Assembly: GCA_030141605.1 (NCBI GenBank)
Contig: JAQGDQ010000248.1
Location: 124,001-188,000 of the forward strand
Direction of reading: 5' to 3'
DNA: 64,000 bases
Source: Tubiluchus corallicola
Taxonomy: Eukaryota; Animalia; Priapulida
The translations under genes and the position numbers were made by a program. This document shows, piece after piece, positions 13,228 to 24,003 of the stretch. Position 1 is the stretch's first letter. Each line of letters begins with the position of its first letter. The notes below the pieces were generated by a model, which was not told the DNA's origin, did no database searches, and saw nothing but the letters and a program-made list of their open reading frames with translations.

Positions 13228-14675
13228 AAATTGTCAGCAGGACGATGACATATACTGTAGACCATATATTCAATTTCTGTAAATTCACTAATATTATTTT
13301 CGAGACCTTTTGTAGTTAGTTTTTATATGAAAACTGTCTACTTAGCAGCAAAGTTTTTTGTTAAGTAAAAAATGTGATACTGCTCACCATAGATTTTAGC
13401 TTTTAAAGAAATGCGACTTTGATAATAATTTAGACTTTGCTTTAACAAAATTTAAATGCAATGACTATTTTTTAAATTAATTGAAAAGCTGCCTTTTGCT
13501 AACTCTATACCAATTTAAAAATATATTCTAAAACAACTATTAAGAGTCTTGAATTTGTTAGAAAGAGATTAGTCTAGTTGTGTTTGTAGCTCTAAGTAGT
13601 TTTATAACTACGTATTTATAATTTATTGCACAATTGCAGTGTTCATAAAATATTAATTTTATTTATGTGATTCTAATGTTTCACATTTATTTTGTTTTGG
13701 TGATCGGCATTTTTGTTTTATTTATGTTAGTTTTAGATATTGTGATGCAGATTGTGCCCAATAATTAAAATGTAGCTTTTGTACTTAAATCTCTCCAGCT
13801 TTTACATTTTGGTTCAGTTTTTATGTCATTGGATGCATCATTATACTACTCAAAGACTTATATTTTGTATTTCTTAGCATAGTAGTGTGTTTATAGTACT
13901 TTCTGTTGTCCGTATGAAAATTGCATTACTTGCAAGCACGAGTGCCCAATTGGTCTCGATCACCTATTTCAGATACCTTTGCATGTGATTACTTGGGAAA
14001 GAAATGTTCATGCGTTTAAACATGATTCATTTCTAAATATTTTGTCTGAGTCCACAAATGCTGTGTGAAATCTTGAATTATTAATCTGAGCATTAAAAAC
14101 TCACGATACTATTTTTTGTAATAAATTCTACCTCATCATTAGCCTAGCGCCTATTTGTATTTTTTTGAAATGAACTTGAACTATATTTTTATTAGCAAAA
14201 AATATAAACTGCAAATTTATTTTCAATTTAGTTCATTTTATTGCTCAAACTTCATATAGTACTTCTTAGTTAACTTCTATGATAGGGCAAGGCTGCAACG
14301 AAAATATTTTTGGGCTCACATATTTACAAGAATTTTTATGAAAGCATACAATATTACGTTTACGTGAATTGAAGAAAAGGTTATGAAATTTTGTTTCCAG
14401 GCAAAGTTTACTAAGAATTTCATCATCCTTTATAAACTTATGATGTAGGCCTAGGATCTGATCATTTTCCTATTTCTTACGCATTTCCAGGCACATGTGA
14501 AGATAATAAGTAAAATGATATAATGTAGGCATTCTCAAAAACTGTGAACGCAGTATTTTTTAACTAAACGTGCTTCATTCGGTTCGCTTTTTGACGCTCA
14601 TTTTAATTTTCAACAAAATCTTTGTTATTCATCCCATCAAAATTTCGATTTCGATTAAGTGGCCTGGAACCACTG

Positions 14676-14681
14676 CACGTG
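14676..14681 (+). promoter_or_regulatory. Canonical E-box (CACGTG) 10 nt upstream of the EIF2S3 start codon
   Basis: CACGTG in a locally CpG-richer promoter/leader region. Myc-type E-boxes near the TSS are common in translation-factor genes, but a 6-mer is weak evidence. Confidence 0.35.
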
Positions 14682-14690
14682 TGACAAAGC

Positions 14691-17600
14691 ATGGCGGCTG
14701 GTGATTCTTCGTCGGAAACTGCTGTTACAACAAAACAGCCGCATTTATCCAAACAAGACTTATCCAAATTAGTAAGTATTTTTCAGAATATATTCATAGC
14801 ACTTTTACCAATATTCGTAACTAGTAGTAACATTTTGTTATATACGTTATTTTATATCTTATAATTTGTTAATCTCAATCAATGATTTCCTAGTGACATT
14901 ACGAACGTTAACAGTTACACAACCTGACATTGTTTATAAACATTAACTGAGTTGTACAGCGGGAATGAAACAACCAGTAAGGTATGGAACAGTGCTAAAT
15001 AATGTCCTGATGGTTTTGTTGTCATTAAGCTGGTTGTGTGACTTGCGGAGAAAACACGCACAACTAATAACTAATGTTATGTGATTGACTGCTGAAGCTG
15101 TTTTAGAAATGATGGGCCACAAGTTCACAAACGCCTCATTTTATAATTATAGCATGGGGCAACACATTTACATTTAATTCTTTTTTACAGGCGGCTGAGA
15201 AACTTAATCCTCTTACACCAGAAGTCATTAGCAGACAAGCTACAATAAATATTGGTAGGTAAATTGGGTCATTTGCTTTTTGTCTTATCTGTAGATTATG
15301 GATTAGTTTGCATTAATTAAAAAAGTGTTATCTATCATCACTGTGCTTTGGATTGATATATATAAATGTAAAAATTTGTTATCGGTAGTTTGTTTTTATT
15401 TAAGGTTGGGATATTAATATTGTAACAAGGACATGCTTGTTATAATACATGATTATTATTACAAAATCCTTTATATGTGGTATGCAGACATTTGCTTGTC
15501 TTGCTATCATACTAGAGTGCATTTAAATTTCCTACAGTAATAGTAGTGCACACTTGGTAAGAATGTAGTAAGCAAGGAAATTCTGTATGTCAGATCATTT
15601 TAAAAATGCAAACTACCTTTTCCAAAATGGCAGGCTTTAATTTTATCATCTTACTTGCTGAGCCTAGTTGAATCAGACAGTAGAAAAGGTAGTATAATAT
15701 TTGTTATTACATTGTAACGAACCTCTTGCATGCCGAATCAAATTTCTGTCAGATATTTATTTGCTGAACCCTGCCTGTGCAGTACAAGTTAACACCGACT
15801 GATAACCTAACCAAATCGATTGAAACAAACGGTCCAGCAGTTCTTGTACAATTCGGTCCGACAATTCGTAGAACGTGAAATGCATGCAGCTTTTAATATC
15901 TTCTTATATATGCTTCTACAGACAAATTTACACCACAGTATCAGGGCCAGAATTTCGATGTGAATCCCTGATTCTATTCACACCTATGCTTATACTCATT
16001 ACCATGAATCTGGTTAGATTCACTCTGGTTTTACTTGACTGTTAATAAAATAAAATAAATCTGTCTTTTTTGCCTTACGCTAGCATGTGTGCTACCATAT
16101 CGTGCTTGCGAGCTGACTTTGTTACTTCTCAAGTGTCTCTGGCACACTACGCTTTTCGTTCAGAGTTGCACGTAAAAATCGTAGGGTTTTATGCTCGATG
16201 CCAAGTCAATAAAGAACACAAAATTTTTCGTGTTTTGCGTGCTTATATCATGTGCTTTTTATACACTTTCTGATGAAGGAAATGATAATTGTCGTTCACT
16301 GACAAAGAGGAAAATCAACAAAATTCTAAATGGCTTGGAGACTGAATCATTAAATGTTAGGTCTCATTCTGAAAGAGATGTTAGTACTGATAGTGATTCA
16401 TTCTTATAAGAAATCACTTTTCCTGAAATCCAATCTCGTTTGTTTCAGTAATTATAATTCATTATACTTGAACTATATAATTTAGACCTTGTTTCTCTGT
16501 ATTCTTTTAAAATGTCACAGTGAGAATCTGCTTAGATTCTGATAAAATATAGTGAAATTCTGGCCCTAAGTATTTGTCAGTCTGGATCGATTCTGAATTC
16601 TGAGAGCCACTTTTGATTTGGCATCCTTAAAAACTTTGTGGTCCACAAAGCCCTAGATACCTAGTGTCTTGTCTTGTTGCATTTTCAGGTAATCAGTTTT
16701 GTTGTCTATATGAAGTGTAGCATAATTCTACCATCCTGCATGTTTCAAGTTTGTACTAGTTGTGGAATTTCTTAACACATTCTTAAATTTGAACTTTACA
16801 AAAAATACCAACATATTGACAGTAAACTAGTTTTTTTTCTTGTGTATGTTTTTTCTGCTATTTCTTTTGCTTTTAATAATTTTAGGTACAATTGGTCACG
16901 TGGCTCATGGAAAGTCTACAGTAGTGAAAGCAATATCAGGAGTACAGACAGTTAGACATAAACAGGAATTGGAAAGAAATATCACAATTAAATTAGGATA
17001 TGCTAATGCCAAGGTTTGCTGAATCATAATATTTATAATGTATTTTCCCCCTTGTCAGTCTGAAAACATTGAATCTTGTTAAACTCTGATTCCAGTCTGT
17101 GGTTATTTAGATGTCAAACAGAATAACATAGTTTTTTTTAGGATACTTTTAATTAGTGTTCTAGTATCTGTAATGGTGCTACTATTTCTGGCATCTAGCT
17201 ATTTTTCATGGTGTTAGAACTGTTGTTTTTGTCACTGTTTCCTGCTTATTGTACACTGCTGCTGCTGCTTATTTGTTTATTTAAATATATTGTAGTGTTA
17301 CCTGTCACTGTTTACCTGACATTTCAATAAGTAATGCAGACACCGAAATATTTAAATCAGCTGTTTTATTGCAGATATACAAGTGCGATAACGAGTCGTG
17401 TCCTCGACCAGTGTGCTACAGATCAGCTGGCAGTAGCAAAGAGGATTCATTCCCATGTGATCGAACGAATTGTCCAGGAAGATTTCGCCTATTGCGGTAA
17501 ATTTGGCTACATTTCAAGATGTTGAAATTTATAGTCCCCTGCTGTTTTCGTTAACATTTTTTGGGATCATTTTGATATTCATTTTTCTTTTCATATCTTC

Positions 17601-20600
17601 AAACTGTACTTACTAGTACTGTGAACATTAATTAATTAGATCATGACTGTGATTGCCAGAGTTTATTTTAACAATTATTATTCGTTGCGGGTGATAAGTT
17701 GGAAAAAGAAAAGAGACGCTGAAAAATTGTGGACTACTTGGGATTTGAGCCCGAGACCTGAGATTAGTAGCCCCATGCTCTGCCAGCTGAATTACTAGTC
17801 AACATGACAGAGCAAGCCCGAGATTTCCTCCTTGTATCGCACAGTCCCACAGCACCACCTTTACCAATGACAATAGGGGGACACTTATGGTACTATCACT
17901 TTCTCAAATTAGCTGGCAAGTAACGGGCCTGGTCTGTTATGTTTACTAGCAGCTGAGCTGGCAGGGTTGGTAGTACTAATCCCAGGTCTCGGTCTCAAAC
18001 TCCAACTGGTCCACAAATTTTCAGCGTCTCCTTTCTTTCTGTAACTCACCTCCGGTAATGGGTAATAATTGTTAAAATAAACTGCAATGGTTTATAAATC
18101 CTCGCAAACAGAGTCATAATCTAATTCATTGATGATAAGGTTAGTTGCGAGCTAATTTGAGAAAAGTGTTGTACTGTGAACTATATTTACTTTACCTGTT
18201 TTGTGGTTACTTTACCTAAACAGAAGATAAATAAATAACTGTTGTGAAAACAATAATGACTATTTATACTTTTAACTTAAGAAACCTTAGTTATCAGCTT
18301 ATTTAGATTATAAAATTCTTGCAATAAGAGCAATTTTTTTTTGCAAATAGGCAAAGTAACTGCATACAGCCAAAGTAACCACAAACAGGCAACGTAACCT
18401 CAGCCAACCATAGTAACCACAAACAGGAAAGTTAACGACAAACAGGCAAAGTAACCACAAATGGGCAAAGTATCCATAAACAGGCAAATTAACCATAAAT
18501 AGGCAAAGTAACTTACAAACAGGCAAAGTAACTACAAACAGACAAAGTAACCATAAACAGGCAAATTAACCACAAACAGGCAAAGTAACCACACGCAGGC
18601 AAAGTAACCATAAGCAGGCAAAGTAGCCACAAACTGGCAAATTAACCACAAACAAGCAAAGTAACCACACGCATGCAAAGTAACCATAAACAGGCAAAAA
18701 AACCATAAGCAGGCAAAGTAACCAGAAATGGGCAAAATATCTATAAACATGCAAATTAACTACAGACAGGCAAAATATCTATAAACAGATAAAGTAACTA
18801 CCTTTGCCTTCTTATTTATAGTCATGTGTCGTTTGTCGACTGCCCGGGTCACGACATTCTCATGGCAACCATGTTGAACGGAGCTGCAGTGATGGACGCT
18901 GCTTTGCTGCTCATAGGTTTGTGGCTTATAATTTTTACTATAAGTAGGCATCCATGCTTATTGTGTATAATGCATCTACAACTATTTATGTTAAAGCAGG
19001 TGGTTAATCATGTGTTAGCATTACATTCGTGTAGATTAGTATAAATAGGGGTGCATACTTTGCACATTATTCAAGCAGTGTATACATGTATATGTAGTCC
19101 AAATTTTACCATATCATAAGTAACGTAAAATTTATATGGAAAAAGATGAGATGTGAGATTCTTTGGGCTGTCATAATGGCTGTCGAGAAATGTAATTGTT
19201 TTTGTTTCTAGCCGGAAATGAATCTTGTCCACAACCTCAGACGTCAGAGCATTTAGCAGCAATTGAAATCATGAAGTTGAAACATATACTGATACTGCAA
19301 AACAAAATTGACTTGGTAAAAGAAACTCAGGCAAAGGATCAGCATGAACAGATAACCAAATTTGTACAAGGTTAGTCGTCTTTGTATTTTAAAACCAGCA
19401 TGAACAATTAACCAAGTTTATACAGGATTAGGCGTCTTTGTATTTTAAAACCAGCATGAACAATTAACCAAGCTTATACAAGGTTAGTCATCTTTGTATT
19501 TTAAAACCAGCATGAACGGATAGCCAGATTTGTACAATGTTAGACATCTTTGTATTTTAAGATATTTATGATAGCCTGAAATAATTGTTTTTGCTTTATG
19601 TTAAATACTATTTGCAGTTTGCATGATAAAAAAATCACTGTTGAACAAAACGTGCTGCTTTTGAAGCTCTCAGATGGAAAAAGTTTTTATTTATTCTGTA
19701 TTTTATCTAAAGGTTTTGTCTCGAAGTTCAGTCAGTCCAGCTAGACAGAAATTTGTTTTCATTTATTTTAGTGTTATTATAGAATGTACATTTTGTTCCT
19801 AGTTGTAAAAATAAAATGATAAACACAGAAATTAAAACTTTATATGTCAAACAATAATTATTGCACTTAAGACATGATGGTACAGATGTTAACACATTTG
19901 TCAAATACCACATTATAAGTTCCTACAAAATATCTAAGCTTTAGCTGCAAATACACGGCATTTTAGTTAATCTAGTATGCGATACCATTTTACATATTTA
20001 CTATAACTAACTGCTGTGCAAAAACAAGCGGGAAAATAGGTAAAATGATAATTGTTTTCCAGGGAGAACTCTCTGTGCAGGTTTATATAGTCCTAACTTA
20101 GAAAAAATTGGTTTGGCAAGAATTCAAGAAACACTTTATGGCAATTAATTACAAATAAAGGAATTTAATGGCCTGTAATATTTAAGTCTACGGAGCAAAC
20201 CAGTTATTTTACATTGGTTTTAATTATTCTAGTGTAGCCTATCATTATTTTCACAATTACATTGCACTTTAACACACAGTAAAGGTTAAATGATTAATTA
20301 CACTCAGAATGCCATTTCCGACAGTTGGTAATTCATACCGTCTCATAGGTGTCAATTGATGATCACTGGTTGTAACTTTGTTGTGTAACTGTACATAGTA
20401 TTATTACGTAATATGAATCTTTCTTATTTTATATTAGGCACTGTTGCTGAAGGTGCACCAGTTATACCAATATCTGCACAGCTGAAGTACAACATTGAAG
20501 TGATATGCGAATATATTGTTAAGAAAATACCAATTCCAGTCAGAAACTTCACCAGCGAACCTAGGCTTATAAGTAAGGTTTTGTTTTCTTTAATCAACAT

Positions 20601-23454
20601 TTAAGTTATGGTTTTTTCGTTTATATTTATAATTACATTTTCTATTATTTTAGTTAACTTAGGTAAATGATGCTGTATACATGTTTTGTACGCTTATTTT
20701 TCTAGTAATTCGTTCTTTTGATGTAAACAAGCCGGGTTGTGAAGTTAACGATCTGCTGGGAGGCGTAGCTGGCGGCAGCATTTTGCAAGGTGTATTAAAG
20801 GTTAGAAATAGTTTATGATTTTATACAATTCTATTTACGTATATAATTTTTATTTAATGTTATTATGAGTCTGACCTTTATGAAGCATTAAAATTTCATT
20901 TTGTAGTTTTGTGGTAAATTCTTTGCAAATGAAATGAACCATCAACTTTGAAAACAGTAGTTGCGTGTTTTTTTAGCACTGTCATACTTTTGTGGCACTT
21001 TAATTACTTTAGGTTGGCCAAGAGATAGAAGTCCGACCTGGAATAGTATCAAAGGATGTTGAAGGTAAACTCACCTGTCGACCCATTTTTTCAAGAATAG
21101 TCTCCTTGTTTGCTGAAAACAACGACTTGCAGTATGCTGTTCCTGGTGGCCTAATAGGTAAGTGTTGAAGCAAGATTTGGTTTTTTAAATGGTGCGTTCA
21201 TTGACCATTTTTGCTGCTGATGTGAGTGGCATTTATCGTAAGTTGCTCAGGAATAATTAATTGGTAGTTAAGGAACGTTGTTTCTGAAAAGATGCATTAT
21301 TGTCCTACTCTGCCAACTGCTGTACAGTTACTATAATTTATTAATTCTTGATTTCAGTGGTATTAGTTAGCGCTCATAGACTTGCAAATGCTAAATGATT
21401 TTAATTCAAAGAATTGGGGCAAATTTGGTCTGATTAGTTTCTTATACTTGTGTGGTCTACTAAGTAAAAATTAAATTGTTCTTAATTTTGAGATGTTAAG
21501 ATCTATTCTAACCTATTTGAAAATGATATTATAAAGAAAACTAATAAATTTTCATTATCACCCTTTTTCACCTTATTTGGTAATTTACATCAATGAATGT
21601 GCAAGTAATTTACTGCCTGTACTGTACAACATTAGCCACCATTTTCATTTTAAGCTTTTTTATTGATTTTGGTGCTCTAAAATTTACCCGAGAAAGCTTC
21701 CAGATGAGATACTTGATGTTGTTTGAACCATACTTGTACGTGTGTAATCTGCTGATTCGCTTTTTAAGTTTAGGTGTTTTTTTCTTAACCATTTAATTTT
21801 TGTAGGAGTGGGTACAAAGATAGATCCCACTTTGTGCCGTGCTGACCGGATGGTTGGTCAGGTTCTGGGAGCTGTTGGTCAGCTGCCAGATATATATACA
21901 GAATTAGAAATATCATTTTTCTTGCTGCGGCGGTTGTTAGGAGTGCGAACAGAAGGTGACAAGAAGGCTGCCAAGGTGCGATTTCTAATTATTTTACTGC
22001 TCATTTTTGTATTGTCATTCAACCTTGTTGAATATAAGCCCATAAAAACCATTATAGTCTTAATGAAAGTTTGCAGTAAAAATGTTTTAGAAAAAAAATC
22101 TAGTTTGAGAATATTATAAGATGGTATAATAAAGAAAATTAATGCTACAACACTGTCATATGAATATGATGTTTCGACAGGCACTGTTGAACTATTTTAC
22201 CTGATATGGTTGCCATTGTCTGTAATATTTCTGACAATATGTAAATGCTTCTTGAAAGTGTTTAGTCGCATGAACTGAATTGTCTGTTACAGGTGCAAAA
22301 GCTGACCAGGTATGAAAATTTGATGGTGAATATTGGCTCGTTATCAACGGGCGGGCGAGTTTTAGCAGTGAAAGCAGATTTAGCAAAGATTGGCCTAACA
22401 AACCCCGTTTGCACTGAAATAGGACAGAAAATTGCATTAAGCAGACGAGTCGAAAAACATTGGCGGTGAGTAAACAGTTATGACAGACTTTGTATCAACA
22501 TTCACGCGGTTTGGTTTCAGCCTTAGGTGTTGTGACAAAGACAGCAGGCATTAGAATAAATTCACAGATTTTTTATTTTGTTGAGGAAGGATAGAGAGAG
22601 TGGGAAACAAAAATGCAGTTCTCGTCATTTACTAAATTTAGTAGGTCGAAGTAGGCTCGGTCTTGATATGAGGTGTGAAATGTTGTACCTGTAAACTTGC
22701 CGATTACTTGCATCATAAGAAAACTGTAAATTGAGAAAAAAGAAGCAAGATTAAATTTATGATTACATATCTACATGATTAGTTATTTTATTACATGGAA
22801 AAACAATCACAAAAACTACACAAACATACAATGATCATGAGATAATCTAAAGAATACTACATAACGCAGAGTTAGTAATATGCGCACTGATGCGTCAAAA
22901 AAGAAGAAGAAATTTAAATATTTTCTGTTCAACAACATACGATTGCGTACAATGTTCGCGATAGGTATAATTCGCGATAAAGCCACTTAATAACACCAAA
23001 GTAGAAATGCCGTCGCACATCTTCGCTTGAGGTCACATTCGGTGAAAATTTGTTTTGACATTTTAGTCCCTTGACTGTTGACCTGAACTTACAAGCAACG
23101 TTCTTCCATATCTTGCCTTAATGTGTTCGTGCGCCATGTAAAGTGATTATAACTTCATTCATTTTGATTTCATTGTGCTGATAAACACACCGGCGCAATT
23201 AATTGCTCTGTGTTGGGCATGTTGTTAAGTTAAGTATGAAGTACGATGAAATTTAGTTAGTAACAGGTTGGCTGTGACATTTGAAGTTCGTTTTTTTCAG
23301 AGGCTTAATATATTTTGATTTATTTTCAATTAGAGTAAGCACCCTTAGCACTTGTGGTAGTATCGGAACTATAAACGCTGTTTTTCGTTATTTCAGGTTA
23401 ATAGGATGGGGAGAAATTAGACGAGGAGTAACAATTAAACCACTTGTCAACTGA
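14691..23454 (+). CDS. EIF2S3: Eukaryotic translation initiation factor 2 subunit gamma, complete, 474 aa. Exons: 14691-14771, 15191-15254, 16886-17013, 17375-17496, 18822-18916, 19212-19370, 20438-20572, 20706-20800, 21013-21157, 21806-21975, 22293-22465, 23397-23454
   Basis: Joined CDS is 1425 nt and in frame from ATG to TGA. Motifs: [34 protein letters not shown], Cys-rich knuckle, [71 protein letters not shown]. Confidence 0.98.
15942..16568. mobile_element. hAT-like MITE, family F
   Basis: TIR CAGGGCCAGAATTTC...GAAATTCTGGCCCTA with AGATTC subterminal repeats. A shorter reversed copy lies at 60418-60574. Confidence 0.75.
17730..17800 (-). pseudogene. Degenerate tRNA-like sequence (left arm of the palindromic element)
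   Basis: Reverse complement reads GACTAG TAATTCAGCTGGCAGAGC A TGGGG-CTACTAA-TCTCA GGTC TCGGGCTCAAATCCCA AGTAGTCCA, giving A-box-like, anticodon-arm-like and B-box-like segments with mismatches. Confidence 0.55.
17944..18013 (+). pseudogene. Degenerate tRNA-like sequence (right arm of the palindromic element)
   Basis: TACTAG CAGCTGAGCTGGCAGGGT TGGTA-GTACTAA-TCCCA GGTC TCGGTCTCAAACTCCA ACTGGTCCA; more decayed than the left arm. Confidence 0.45.
18343..18800. repeat. 21-bp minisatellite, about 22 units (consensus CAAACAGGCAAAGTAACCA[C/T]A)
   Basis: Direct tandem repetition is visible and explains the Cys/Leu-rich spurious minus-strand ORFs. Confidence 0.95.
19340..19560 (+). repeat. 56-bp tandem repeat x4 spanning the EIF2S3 exon 6 / intron 6 junction
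   Basis: Units start CAGCATGAAC at 19340, 19396, 19452 and 19508 and end TCTTTGTATTTTAA(AAC). Confidence 0.95.
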
Positions 23455-23652
23455 AGCTAATTGTCCTGGAGTCTGTAAACTGTGTCTATATTTACGTAAT
23501 TGTTGTTGTCACAAATTTGAGCCACATCCCTCATGTGCTGTGATGTGAAACTGAAACATTTTTGTAAAGTTGCATTTTCTTTTCTTTATCTTTGACTCTA
23601 CTAACTAAGCGTCTCTGACTAGAAATTTTAGACTTTCTTGCGGGGGGATTAC

Positions 23653-24003
23653 TAGGGGTGACCATCGAACGTTTTAATTCGAGTCAAACAAGTTTTTTTA
23701 ATTCAAATTCAATTTAAACCTAAAATTATGTGTACGAATAACTCATCACTTTATCTATATACGTTCTTTATTATTAAAACATTTAAAACAACATGCATTA
23801 GCACAGTTTAGTTGGGATTTCTGTGCACAATTTTGAAAAAAAAAATGTTCTTACATAGACAAAACCCAGGCAGTACGCATGATTTTTGTGAGACTGCCTT
23901 TTATTTATGATTCGAAATCTTCAAATTCGGTTTGATTCATGTTTGAAAGTCAAAAATTTGATTTGATTCAAATGCGCTTTCTGATAGAGAATGCTCTCCC
24001 CTA
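23653..24003 (+). mobile_element. hAT-like MITE family C (TTCGA/TTCAA-rich), copy 1, in the probable EIF2S3 3'UTR
   Basis: TAGGGGTGACCAT...ATGCTCTCCCCTA, flanks GGGATTAC / GCAATTAC. Related copies at 36329, 40219 and 51828. Confidence 0.75.

Larger units (their letters stand above)
17660..18083. mobile_element. Palindromic (fold-back) element with two divergent tRNA-derived arms
   Basis: Perfect 21-bp terminal inverted repeat AGTTTATTTTAACAATTATTA / TAATAATTGTTAAAATAAACT, imperfect arms of about 160 bp, spacer of about 100 bp. Confidence 0.75.

Noticed and set aside
16265-16375. C/D box snoRNA (TGATGA...CTGA with a short terminal stem) in EIF2S3 intron 2
   Set aside because: It lies inside a MITE and no convincing rRNA-complementary guide was seen; a snoscan run would be decisive.
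17730-18013. Functional tRNA genes (Ser, ACT anticodon)
   Set aside because: Mismatched acceptor, D and T stems, B-box lacking GTTC, and both copies embedded in a fold-back repeat.
18308-18754. Cys/Leu/Tyr-rich minus-strand ORFs
   Set aside because: Translations of the 21-bp minisatellite.
16886-18821. Su(var)3-9 nested in or fused with eIF2-gamma, as known in many insects
   Set aside because: No chromodomain or SET ORF in any EIF2S3 intron, the introns are too short, and the exon runs uninterrupted through [11 protein letters not shown].
18343-19560. CRISPR-like arrays
   Set aside because: The repeats are contiguous without unique spacers, the context is eukaryotic intron, and there are no cas genes.
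22165-22240. Possible C/D snoRNA in EIF2S3 intron 10 (ATGATGT...CTGA...CTGA)
   Set aside because: Imperfect box C, no terminal stem, no recognisable guide.
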